Translations under genes and position numbers: made by a program | Part shown: positions 1 to 47,320 of the stretch, in pieces | Position numbering within the stretch: the first letter of the stretch is position 1 | Layout of the letters: each line of letters starts with the position of its first letter | Assembly: GCA_964035545.1 (NCBI GenBank) | Contig: OZ037768.1 | Span: 5,488,741-5,552,740 of the forward strand | Length of the DNA: 64,000 bases | Reading direction: 5' to 3' | Origin: Bugula neritina | Taxonomy: Eukaryota > Animalia > Bryozoa | Notes under the pieces: model-generated | Database searches by the model: none | What the model was told of the DNA's origin: nothing | The model's input: the letters and a program-made list of their open reading frames with translations, nothing else

Positions 1-12
1 TATCTGCTGCAG

Positions 13-7561
<7,549 letters not shown>

Positions 7562-8454
7562 TGTATAGAATAGCTCAACTTTGTCATAATATTGTTATGC
7601 TTTACTTTTATATATTGCATTCCTGAATATTTTATAGGCATTATTCATTAACAGGGATATTTAAATCACATTTCAGTCACTGACAGTATTTGTTACAAAA
7701 TCAGGTAGCAATTGCAATTTATTATATTACCCATTCATAAAACACTATAAATAATGTATTTCTAGTCTCTTATCTGCCATTGAAATATTTTTACGCTGCC
7801 CTAATTATCAAATATATTTACATGCACATTAATCTCAAAGTGTCGTTATGTTAAATTCTAATAACTTGCAATCAGTTTATTATTTAGATTATAAATACCT
7901 ACACTTTGGATCTCGAGGCTACATAGTCTGTAAAAATATCTCGATTTGAAATTGGTTTATGTTGGCATTTTACCAATCCAAAAATGCATTTTTTTCTCAG
8001 AAGTCAAAATTAATTTATTGATGAGTAAAATATTTACAAAACTTTCTAGTTTTTATAAAAACATACTAAGTGTATAAGTGTGTATATAATATATTCATAT
8101 ATAAATAAGTATGGTCATTGTATGCAAAGAATAATATTGTATACTCTATACATGGTATATACATAATACTGTACAAAAAGATAAATTATTATTCACATAC
8201 AATTACACTTGAGTTGAGCCAATGAAATTATTCGGGTAGAGATTGCTAAATGAGAACTAAAATGATGGACGAATAAAATAGAATATTCTACATAAAATTG
8301 CATGTTACTGGGAATGAAGAATAGATTTATGTAACCAGCTGCTGCAGTGCTAACAACTAAAACATAGCTAAGATAATTCAAAGTAAAAAGTGCGATACTG
8401 TTCACCATGTGTGGGTGCATCAAGTATGCTGGCTTTTATCATGGTGAAGATAAG

Positions 8455-35648
<27,194 letters not shown>

Positions 35649-35650
35649 TA

Positions 35651-35677
35651 TTAGAATCCTGTTTGTAAGCTAGCCAT
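35651..35677 (-). promoter_or_regulatory. Upstream ORF (MASLQTGF*) in the CELSR 5'UTR
   Basis: tgtcttgtag|GAAGTA ATG GCT AGC TTA CAA ACA GGA TTC TAA TA ATG GAT: it lies in the same exon as the main ATG and stops 2 nt before it. Confidence 0.6.
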
Positions 35678-36569
35678 TACTTCCTACAAGACAGAGAATG
35701 ACAAGTTTAACACCCATGCCTTTTCTAAGCTCACAAATATTATTAAATAAAAATAAAAGAGTCATAAAAAATGGCAGCCAGTATTAAGTTTAGTTGCAAT
35801 AGGCAATAGCAATTCATGCTCTATAAATATCATGAAAATAGGAATAATAATAGTAATACATGGTAGTTCTAAAGTCCAGTAACTACTAAAGTTTAATTAA
35901 AAACACAAGGATATGATTTTGATTTAGTATTCAAAGATAAGGATAATTACAAAGTGAATACACAAAGCACCTACAAATCACAATAGAGTAGTAGCACAGC
36001 AAACTACCTGTAACTACAAAACTACATTCTCTATAAAGTATACTGTGATTCTCAAAGAAAGGTGAAAAAATTGTGCTTTTTGAAATTCACACAACTTTGC
36101 ACTTACTGAACTGATTCGTAAAATTATCATTACTGTTCATACTTTGAATTATTAAAAACCAAGACAACAACAAAGGTAAACAATTACCAGCATAAAAATA
36201 ATTATGCCATTATATTTATTGTGGCAATTTAACGACATATATGCAAATAGACATAACAATATTAAATTATAACAGTCAGTCTAATGGATGGACTAAAGCT
36301 TCCAACAATTTCTAATTACATTAATGATTAAATGATTGATTTAAAATTTAATAAGCATTTAATTTTACACGCTAACACTATGACTATAATGGTACTAAAG
36401 GTAATTTATAATTATTAAATAATTATTAAAGTTCAGACATATTCATAGTAATATTCCTTAGCATAGTTTTAGTAATAGTAAGTTTCATAGAACAGGTCCA
36501 ACAGTAATTTATTTGAATTTATAGTAATTGTAAGTATGTCAAGAAAACAGTAAAAATGAGAATAAATAG

Positions 36570-36915
36570 TAATAAGACTAGATACTATAAGTATAACTAT
36601 AAGTATAACTATAAGAATAACTATAAGAATAACTATAAGAATTAGAATTACTATTACATTTACTATTAGTATTACTATAAGTATAAGTATAACTAATAGT
36701 AATACTAATAGTAATAGTAATACTGTCACTGTCACAGTATGAGTATCCGTGTTACTATTACTATTAGTATTAGTATTACTATTAGTATTAGTATTAGTAT
36801 AAGTATTACTATTAGTATTACTATTAGTATTAGTAGTATAGTTACTTATAGCTATGATTATATTATATATAATAATACTAATAGTAATACTTATATAATA
36901 CTAATAGTAATACCT
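36570..36915. repeat. AT-rich hexamer-based simple repeat (TATTAG/TATTAC/TATAAG/TATAAC)
   Basis: Directly visible; produces the ILIV/ISIT spurious ORFs. Confidence 0.85.
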
Positions 36916-37799
36916 GCACTTATAACATAAATTAAAATTATAACTCATTAAATTTTAATTTAATTTTAAATTATGATGATCATCATATTATAATTGTGAT
37001 GATCATGATGATGATGGCCTCAGGCTCATGGATCATGCAAATACTGCAATAGTAATAACTCAATAAGTAATACTAATACTAAGCAAATATAGTTATACTT
37101 ATAATGTGAATACAAATAATTATTATATTTTTACTATTATACCCTGCATATTTCCTTTAAAAAATAACAATAATTTGTAATATGATAATATTCCCATTAA
37201 ACCGATTTGAAACTTGACATAATTCAATTCCATACGACATGCTTCAACTCGTCTGTGCCAAGTTTGCTGATTACTGCAACTACAGTTCCTAAGAGCATAG
37301 GCATGTAGCCAATTATTAACCAGCGTGGATGGAATATCCAATAAGCAGCTTCTAAGCTATTATCCTATCGAAGTGTTTTATATAGTCCAATAATAATAAA
37401 TACTTGCTAGAACCCATTGTCACAGCTCAATTCAAATTGAGAGCCGTTCAAAATGGTCACGCTAAAATTAGGTTAACTAATGATTTGATCAGATTTGTTA
37501 CAATGGGGGCGCCTTATATTTATAACGTTAGGTCAGAATTAAAGCATTGTTTTGCGCTAACTCATATAGCAAGCAAGAATTTTTCTCTTTAAATTCTTGC
37601 TACGCCTACAACTTACACTACATTATGATTATACTGAAACTGAAGGTATGGAGCAATAATTACTTGTAACAATAGTTATATGTAATTACATCATTTCTCT
37701 ATTTTTAAGAGATCGAATTACATTGATGTGCCATTAGTATCTGTTGTAAAATGATTTAACATATTACCTATTCATGTTGCAGCTTTTTACCTTAATTCA

Positions 37800-37982
37800 G
37801 CTCATACTGATAGTGATACTGATACTCATACTGATACTAATGCTCACAGTCACAGTCAATGTCATAGTGATAGTCATACTCATACCCATACTCATAGTCA
37901 TAATCATACTCTGATACTCATAGCCTTACTATTAGCCATACTGATACTCAATCTGAACCTTATGCTGATAGTGATACTCAAT
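37800..37982. repeat. Degenerate hexamer repeat (ATACTG/ATACTC/ATAGTC)n
   Basis: Directly visible low-complexity tract upstream of the GLYCTK ATG exon. Confidence 0.7.
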
Positions 37983-38182
37983 TTATAGTTAAATCAAATA
38001 AACAAATTTCAACAATTTTTAGGGATGGCTTGTTACATGACACAAAAAACTAAACGCAATCATTATCAATTATCATTTTGATTCTGTTTGTTTTAGTATG
38101 AGTACCATTCTAAGTCTATCATTTTCAGTATCATGTTAAATATTTTATAGAGTTAGACATTCACATTGTCATTGTGGTTGTC

Positions 38183-41100
38183 ATGGTGTTGGGAAACTGC
38201 ATTAGAAATGTGTTGTCTCCATATCTTCACAAGCAAGTTTCTGTTGATGCTACCAATTTTAGATGCAGCATTTTGTCATTCAGGCCAGGTAATTATTGTT
38301 AAATGTTTTTCAATGACTATAAGTATATCGTTAACTCCACGGTGTATCTTGAGGATCTGTAAATGTACCCAGTTTCTATATTCTCTGTTTTCTAAATTTT
38401 TATATTTTTAATTTAATTTTTTTATTGCTAAAAGTCTTAAGAGTATTTTCTATTTTAGTTGGCTAGTTGAGCCCAATATGTATTTCACAGAACACTTTGA
38501 ACTTTTAGTTTATTATATTAAAATTTACTTACATTAATTATACTAACAATTTTAGGTCTGCTGCATAAAGGCCGAACAATCAGTAGCCGAGTTGATCATA
38601 ACATTTTAACAGTAAAAGATATTTACAGTGCTGCTTTAAGATCAGTGCAGCCAGTTCAAATGGTGAAGGAAAACATTCACTACAGTTCAAATGGCATTTT
38701 GAAGGTACAGGAAGTTTTCAACTTTCTTTGATCTATTAAACTTATTTAGCTTAGTATAAATGTAAGTTTTGAGTAATAATCAAATTTTTAATTTAGTTTT
38801 TGTATAAAAAGCTTATTGACAATGAAGAGGTGTAATTCTTATATTTTGTTGTTACAATTGAATTTTACACAATATTTTTCATCATTTAAAAGTCTTCTGC
38901 CACTTACCGTTTTTATATTATGATAAATCTACTTTGCATAAAATTATATAGACCAGACAAATAAGTTTTATGTTAAAAAAAGTGTAACTTGCACATTTCA
39001 TGTCAGGTAGGTAGTACCTTTTTTAAAAAAAGTTGTCTTCCTATATGGCACAGATTACATAATGTTAGTTTGGTTAGAATCACAAAGTTTCAAGCTTTTT
39101 AATTATGTACAAGTTTTAGATGGCGGAAGAACTTTAACCTGTTGCTTTTTTGTGTGTGATCATTTTGGGAGCTGTTCTTTCATTAGTAGGACACAGTACA
39201 ATGACTCACACTTTATATATTTATAAATCATGTTGATAAAATCCATGTTGCTAGGTTGGCAAAGGCTCGGTTCAACATTCAGTCAATGTAATTGGGAAGA
39301 ACTGTCATATTGTGGCCTTTGGTAAAGCAGTTATTGGTATGGTCACTGCTGTTGATTCAATTCTGGAAGATAAAATTGCATCTGGGATAGCCAGTGTTCC
39401 AACAAATATTCAAAAAGAGCTTAAGGCTAACGGGAAGAGGTACTTCATCCTTGTGTTGCCAGACTGACTTACAATTCTCATAGCTAATTACCATAGATTA
39501 TGAAACATATCAGGGTGTGTTATATCATATTATGTCTACTATGTGTTTTGTTTTAGCGACTTAATACCAAGGGCTGAGTCACGTGTAAAACTGTATGAAG
39601 GAGCGCATTTAAATATTCCAGATGAGTCATCCCTAAAGACGTCTCAGCACATACAAGAAATGGTTTGCAGTATGACTGAGAATGACGTACTCATTACACT
39701 TACTTCAGGTATTCCATTATTCACCATTACCATTTGTTAATCATTTATTATTATATTCTAGAATTTTGTGTTGTCAAGATTTGTGTAATGATTTTTTATA
39801 TCTCTAGTTATTTGTCGTAAGTTTTAATATTAAAATTAACTTAATTCCCATTATAACATATTGAATGTGTTTGTTGTCAATGCCTACTCTCTTTCGGTAC
39901 ATACAACAAACCACATATCTATAGGTGACTGCTATTTTTTACACCTGCAGATATATGCTATAACATGACACGTTGTGTTGGTGCACATCACTGTGTCATC
40001 TATTTCCTGTAGGAGGTGGCTCAAACTTATTATGTCTCCCCGTACCTCCCCTCACTTTGAAAGATCTGTCTGGGGCTACCAAGTCATTGGCTAATGCCGG
40101 TGCAGGTATTGTGGAACTAAATACAGTTAGAAAGCACATCGACATTCTCAAAGGAGGTGGATTAGCCCAGTTGGCTTATCCCGCGCAGGTAAAGTGCCAC
40201 ATTGTATATATCACTGGGAGTTGTCTCATCTTTTTCGTTTTTAATTATAATGCTATTATAATTTTAACTTTTGGTTAAATATTTATGAAATGGTTTGTTT
40301 TTTATATCAATGCGCTCTTTTGCAGGCTAAATTCTTGTTGTCTAGACTACATACCAACCATCAAAGTCATTAAGGTTTTCAAATCAGTTTGATTAAAAAT
40401 AAATGAACCATATTTTGCCTAAAACTACAAGCCCCTGCTATAATTTATATTTTACCGTTTATTTATTGTTTTCATTTATTAATGTTTATTCTCTGCAATT
40501 ATCTTGGATACTAAATCATTAAATTTTGTTATAATTGTCTCATCTATTTGACATAGAAATGTTATTTTTAACAATTTCTTAGTCTATTTGTATATACGTA
40601 TGTGTTTTGATGATTATGCTGCTTTGTATATTTTTATTATGTAAATGTAGGTAATAAATTTAGTTCTTTCGGATGTAGTTGGAGATCCTTTAGTCACTAT
40701 AGCCAGTGGACCAACAGTGCCTGACCTAAGTACTGCGCAGGATGCATTACGTATCGTTGAGAAATATCTACCTGGAAGTGAGGTATACGGGCTAGCTACT
40801 TTATTGTACATATGATTTTCTAAACTAATATCAAAGCTAAATTTATTTTTAAGTATTTGTAAAAAAAATCTCATAGTTATAAATGGTAAAAACCAGTAAA
40901 TTGCATATCAATTATGATGTGCGTACAGGTTTAAATTTCTATTTAGGTTGAAAACTTTTTTAAAAAACTGACTGGAGAATACAAAAGCTTTTGCATTCAC
41001 TCAGAAAAATATGTTTCACTGTAGGACTTGCCAGACATTAAACTGGTTCTACAAGAGGATGGGAAGCAGCAAGCTTTAAGCAGCATGGGTCTGTCACGGA

Positions 41101-42202
41101 TAGACTATAGTCATGTCCACAATATAATCATCGGCTCTAACAGGATATCCCTGGCAGCTGCTGTCAGTCAGTGTGACAGCATGTCAGTTATACCTGTCCT
41201 TCTCACATCACAGCTTTGTGGCAATGCTACTCAGGTGCTTGTTTTCCCATTTTCGTTTTACTAATGTTGCAGATATTAGTCTAGTTTTCGCTCTTATTTG
41301 AATGAAAAATTTCTGTAGAGATAGTTTGATAGTTTTTTAGGTTTGCTGCTTAAAAGCTCTTTTTATAAATAAATTTACTTTAGTTTTTTATGTGACATTA
41401 GCTAAGAAAGTCTTTGTTTAATATAAAATTCTGAACTTTGGAAAACTTGGTTATCATCAATATTCATTATAAAAGAACATGTCAGGAAAAAATTAAGTAT
41501 ATATCACAGTGATTATTGCCCTTTGGGAGTTGTGTTCTTTTATTTGATATTTTTCAATGCATGTATTCAACAGGTTGGTAGAGATATGGCAGAGTTAGCT
41601 AAGCGGATATTGAATACAGGAGAAGATTTAGATTATGTAGAGGGTTTGTTTGAAGGCACTGTAGCATTTGAAGAAGATATCAATAATAAAATTAAACAGG
41701 CCAAGGATTTGGCTATTGAGCAGAATTCACAAGTATGTCTCCTATTTGGTGGTGAGACTACTGTGGAGGTCACTGGAACAGGCCGAGGTAAATATTACAT
41801 GTATTTAAATATTTCACTTTTCATATACACCATAGATGGTAAATGGTGATGATAGTACATCAAGTTAAATGCTGATTGCTCTTTTTTGCAGGAGGTAGAA
41901 ATCAGGAGATGTGTTTGAGTGCTATGATAGCAATGGACTCCATGAACCTGTCTCCTAATTCTGTAACCTTTGCATCTATTGGTACAGACGGTCAAGATGG
42001 TCCAACCAGTGCTGCTGGTGCAGTGGTAACACCCCTCTGTTCCAGCACGTCTCAACTTGATCCGCTCGCTTTTTTGAAAAACAATGATTCCCATTCATAC
42101 TTCAGTGAATTAGAGGGTGGAAAGTTTATCTACAACACTGGATTAACAGGCACAAATGTTATGGACATCGGGTTAATGTTGTTAGATTTTAAAGATTCCT
42201 AG
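38183..42202 (+). CDS. GLYCTK: Glycerate kinase (class II, DUF4147 + MOFRL domains), 9 coding exons
   Basis: Exons ~38183-38288, 38556-38704, 39255-39439, 39557-39708, 40013-40188, 40651-40782, 41024-41234, 41574-41787, 41892-42202. Motifs [115 protein letters not shown]. The ATG at 38183 is inferred from phase; the N-terminus is Arg/Ser/Leu-rich like a mitochondrial presequence. Confidence 0.95.
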
Positions 42203-43805
42203 ATATGTAGTTTGTTTGTCACATAGCGGTTTGTCACAATGCAGGTTAGTACTGGGTTAAGGGTAAACTTTGATTAGTAATTGTGCCAATTCAATATAAA
42301 GCAGCTAAAGTTGGGTAAAACTGAGCTATTAGGATTACTGTATATTGCTTGGTGATTTTATTGTAAAGTACACAGACATTTATTAGCATTGTGATTCCAG
42401 ATACTGGAGTTATTCTCTTTTTAACTTTGGCAAAGCATTTGTAGGGTTTTTTATGTTTAATGACAAATTTTATGGTTTTGTGTTACTTTTAGTTACCTTG
42501 ATGCTAGTTAGATCAGTTTTAAATTTTGAACATTTAGATGTATATTTTATGCTAAGAATTATAGAATCTACTATTTTTGCAATTGCTATGTTTCCATGTT
42601 AACTTGTGTTGACGTCACGCAACCAAGTCTCAATAGTTACCAGTTAGTGCTATTTTAGAAATTCTCATTTACTAAAATCATACAGTTTTACAGCTTGATC
42701 AGCCAAAACAACTAAAAAAGATTACTACTTGTTGAATAAAACACATTTACTTTGTGCATTTATTTCTTAGTCAACATACAGTAGGTTATTTTTACTGTAA
42801 TTGTATGTTGTTTTACTTTATATGCTTTTTAGTATAGGCTGTAGACAATCTTGATTTTTCTTGCTACTCAAAAATAAATTTGAAAAGTATGTTAAATTAT
42901 TTTTTGTTTCTACTGTTTAATCAAAAATTTATCTAAACATAAAAAGCATTAGAAAACATTTAGAAGAATTTGGAGATTTTTAGGAAATAAATTTGCTTTA
43001 AATTGTGCAAGAATTTTTCAATCTATATGCACATAATATATTCAACTCAAAGCTATCAATTAAAATAGAATCTAGGATGCAACATGTTGAATGCTATGCC
43101 ATCGCTGCTTTCTATCTGTTTCCCAAAGCCATGGCTTCGTTTGTAACAAAACAGATTTTGTCTGTACCAGGAAATATCAATGGAAAAACCAAGCTTGGTT
43201 AGAGGTTTTATATTTATAAATCTTTCCTCAACATTCTGGTATATAGTCCACTATCATATCTATGCTGACAATATATTCTATAACACTTGGGTCTACTTGA
43301 ATACCCACTCATAAAACAAAACTAAATGTCTAGAGTTGCTATGCAGTCTGACAAAAAGATAGAGAAAACTGATCATGCTGTGAATGACGGTCAAGTACTA
43401 GGAAATCACAATATGGTAGCCTTTGATTGATTTGACAAAAATCTGTCACTTTATTCTCAGACCAGTTCTGAGCCAATGGCTACTGCGCAGCACTGAGGCA
43501 CATAAAGAGACACTGATGCCTGCTGTGATTGGCCTTTATAATCAAGTCAAGGGTAGGTCTAAGGGTCGAACTACTACATTGCAAAAAGTTAAGGCAATGG
43601 AAGTCACAGTCATCATTGGCTGCAAGCCTAATCTGCATAAGCACGGTAGGAGAGGGGATGAACGAGGATGCCTTAGTCTAAGGATTCTCTATCTGCAATC
43701 AGTAAAAGTCAGTCACATTCAAATGTCACACTCAATGCCTATGGTCAATAGCGAATCAATGATGTTAAGAGTGAATGCTGCCGTTTGTGCTTTGCTGACA
43801 ATACC

Positions 43806-43885
43806 ATCACATTGTGTACTATCACATTGTGTACCAACACATTGTGTACCATCACATTGTGTACCAACACATTGTGTACCATCAC
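43806..43885. repeat. 15-bp minisatellite (AwCACATTGTGTACC)n, about 5.3 copies
   Basis: Directly visible tandem units. Confidence 0.9.
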
Positions 43886-46296
43886 CAACCACTGCTTCAC
43901 AAGCTACGAAACATATTCTTGTAATACATGGAGTACTATATTGCTGCTTGCAACATTTATATTCTTTTTCTAGCAATCCAGAACACGATATTTCGCACTT
44001 TTTTAAATGTTAACTTTTTATGATAAGTAAACTTTATGTTACATGTGAATCTATTCCTTGTATTGCCCCCATTAGGTCTAACAAAAATTAAACATTGATC
44101 TCTAGATTAAAATCACTGTATAGATGCACTGTAAGCAAAAAAAGATAATTTTGAACCATAATCTGGGCTTTGCAGGGTTAATAGGAACATTTGTCATATT
44201 CTAACTTAATTTTACAAGATCAAATTAGATCTAAAATGACCTTAAGCCGTATAATGTAAACTAATGTTGAAAAACCTTCACCACCTATAGCGCACTACAT
44301 ATCACTATGTTACTAATATTGATCTGATACCAGCTATTTCTGACCTTTCATTTTGATCCATCTTAATTTTTTAATGTCAGTTACTAGCAACATACTGCGC
44401 ATGGCAAGATGGTGTAAAATGTTGTTTGTGATGTCACATGATCGTCAGTCAGCAATACTTTGGGTGAGAACACAACACAAATTGTAATTGTAAAAAGTTT
44501 GTAATTGAGTAGCGGAAGTTACTTCAAGCTATGCTTTCTCTATTGAAGTAATATGTTGCAACAATACCAAATAACGCTACGGATCAAAAATTAATAAAGT
44601 TCCGTCTATAAAAATTTTAGATATACTGTAGCAATACACAAAGCTTAGTAGTGTAATAGGTGTTACCGTATATCTTGTGTATTCTGTATTGAATAGCCAC
44701 TTAGAGATGTAAAAGTTGGTTTGAACCAAATTGGAGTATTAAAATATAGAATATTCAGCTATAGAATATACAGCATGGGTATTCTTGAGCCCAAAATTGT
44801 GTTTAAAATAGTGTTTTCCGTGGTTTAAAAGCAAATGTTAATGTAGCAAACATGTTTAGAGTTTAGTTTTCAATCAGCACACATACTATGTTCATACATG
44901 ACTACAATGCGATTTGGTCTAAGATTAACACATATTTGACAAAAGCAATTTTCTCACTAAAAATATATCTTACAAATATTGTGTGATTAAAGTACTATAA
45001 GCAAATACGCTTTTCTTTTTTGTAAAACCTAGTTTATCAGTTTAAATTTCATTGAAGAAGTTGTTGGCTAAGGTTCTGTCCAAGAATTTTGTCAAGGATT
45101 TGTGATGTGTTGCAGCATATTAAAGCTAAACAAAAAAAATTTTAACAAGTATTATTTGTTAAGTTTACATAGGAATACAGCAAATAATTCTTCAAACTAC
45201 TGTTGGGCAAAAAAGAACAAACATTAATTTTGGTTATTTTGCTGTGCTTTTTTTCTTTTATTTTCAAAAAAGAGTACCTCCAAGAGAGGGCTAATTTTCC
45301 TAAACACGTTTTTAACTCAAGTTCTTATGTTCAATGTTGTCTACAAATTTTGACTTTGTTGTAAAGTATCAAATTAATATCATACATACATATGTAGAAT
45401 TATTAATAAGCAAAATATAAACGAATTTACCATAAATTTTAAGCCCTAGATTTGGGCTCTAGCCCAATAATCTTTGACCATCAGCTTGATTTAGGCTCAC
45501 TTGACACATTTGAACTTTGCATTGTCCATAATTAATACAAAAATCTAACAGAATCCTCTATCCATGGTAGAGTCTAACAAGAATACAAGTTGTACCAAAA
45601 AACATTAATTAATCATGCCACCAAAATGAATAAAATATACCATCTATTTTATCTTCTCAGTCATCTGGGGAGGTATTTATTTTTTATGAGCTTCTAAAAT
45701 TAAAGTATATTAAACATATTTGAATAATTGCTGCTTTGCTTTTCATAGTTTTGGCACATTGACCTGTGATGTAAATTAATAGCTTCAAAAAAGTATTATT
45801 TATCATTTGTCTTTTTATGATATACATGCATACTTGGTATGACTATTCAAAACCATAGCATCTAATCTTCAACTTCAATAGGAGTTTAATAGCAGTGAGG
45901 GTAAAGCATTGAGTTGTAAGTATAAAAATAGCACAGGTTCTAGTAGTCTAGGGATAGCACTGTACAATGTATACAATGTTATAGCATGTAGTGCAGTGTG
46001 CATTTATTATGTGGCATATTTTAATCACCATCATTATAAGCTTGTATTTCGTCATACCATATAGGTAGTTGTAGTCACGTGTACAGTGCAGAGTAGCCGA
46101 AACTACTTGCTAGTTGTTAAGAAGTAACAAATATATATGTATATTGTATACATCGCTGATGGGCTTGAGGCACTGCTACCATGCACTAGTTACCCCAGTG
46201 GCAATCCAAGGTTACTTTTATATTTAATTATTTTTTCGCATAGAGATTGGAATTGCATGGTTTACATCTAACTGCAATTGCTGATTCTATTAAATA

Positions 46297-46302
46297 TTTA
46301 TT
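46297..46302 (-). other. Candidate polyadenylation signal AATAAA of the peptide-precursor gene
   Basis: TTTATT on +, about 130 nt downstream of the TGA at 46433. Confidence 0.5.
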
Positions 46303-46432
46303 GTTACTAAAAATCTGGACAATTTCCTATCAAGATATATTATAGCTTGTATTAAACAAATAAACAAAAAGTACACAATTCACATAAAGATTGATACGCA
46401 CGTTCCTATATTAAACAATTCTGCTGACATTC

Positions 46433-46675
46433 TCAATAGTAATATTTCAGTTTAGGCAGCAACACGTTTGACATCCAGTCAGCACTCTCACCCACGTACA
46501 GTTCACCACGCTTCCCAAAGGCATGATGCCTTCTTCTCGTTGCTGAGTTATTTTTAGCTGAGTTAGAGTTTCTATTTGTTAAATATGTGTTGCCATCCAA
46601 CAGTAGTGGCCCAGCAACAGTCACCCTTGTCACTTGCAGCATCAGCATACATAGCAGTATTAACTTGGTCCACAT
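46433..46675 (-). CDS. Putative secreted amidated neuropeptide precursor, 80 aa (HHAF-amide, possibly allatotropin-like)
   Basis: MWTKLILLCMLMLQVTRVTVA|GP signal-peptide-like N-terminus; ...NSAT-RRR-HHAF-G-KR... convertase plus amidation cassette; acceptor ttttcag| at 46727; upstream donor AAG|GTAAGC at 47228/47227; downstream AATAAA. Confidence 0.7.
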   Translation of the reverse strand: MWTKLILLCMLMLQVTRVTVAGPLLLDGNTYLTNRNSNSAKNNSATRRRHHAFGKRGELYVGESADWMSNVLLPKLKYYY

Positions 46676-47227
46676 GTCTAAGATACAGATTACTCTTTCT
46701 CTTTGGTAATCTGTATGAAGTTGAGTCTGAAAATTTAGAACTGAAAGCGTTTAGTAATATAGTTTACAACATTAATTTCATATACATTAAGTAATAATAC
46801 AATCTATATTAGTGGTTGAAAAAACTGTAATTATAACTTATCAAAAAAATATTGTCAAAATTCATTCCAATAAACTATGGATGTAGGTAAATTTAAAACA
46901 CGTTTGTAAAATTAAATTGTAATTGTAACTTGTATTACACTTTTTTCAATTACAGTAACAATATAAATTTCAGCTGCAATAACTTGTAAATTAACTTAAT
47001 GAATATTTCTTCTTCATAACACTTGTGATGGTGGCAACTAAGTATTTACATATTTTCTACCAGTATATAATATTTAGATTAAAGGAAATATGATCATTTA
47101 AGAATTAGCAAAAGTTTTGAGTGCTAAAAAAACTTTTTATACTGATGTACAAGAAACTCAAAGTGAATTATCAAACTTTTGTTCCCCAAATTTTAGTAAA
47201 CAATTCAATAACATTTTGTATGCTTAC

Positions 47228-47320
47228 CTTCGTTATGCTTTCTCTCTGTGCTTTCTTGTCACTGTATTGCTGACTTTTATACTTGACTGAGTGAAATTGA
47301 CCAATGAGATGCTTTAAAGC
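47228..47320 (-). promoter_or_regulatory. Candidate core promoter and non-coding first exon of the peptide-precursor gene
   Basis: Minus strand: TTTAAA (47318-47313), 30 nt upstream of the A of an Inr TCAGTC (47290-47285); also TATAAAAG at ~47281-47274; then the strong donor AAG|GTAAGC. Confidence 0.55.

Noticed and set aside
43423-44013. 196-aa ORF with (PxHCV)n repeats
   Set aside because: It starts at TTG, has no recognisable domain or splice support, and its repeat part is the 15-bp minisatellite.
44165-44181. AGGGTTAA, a piggyBac-like right end
   Set aside because: No matching TTAACCCT left end found nearby.
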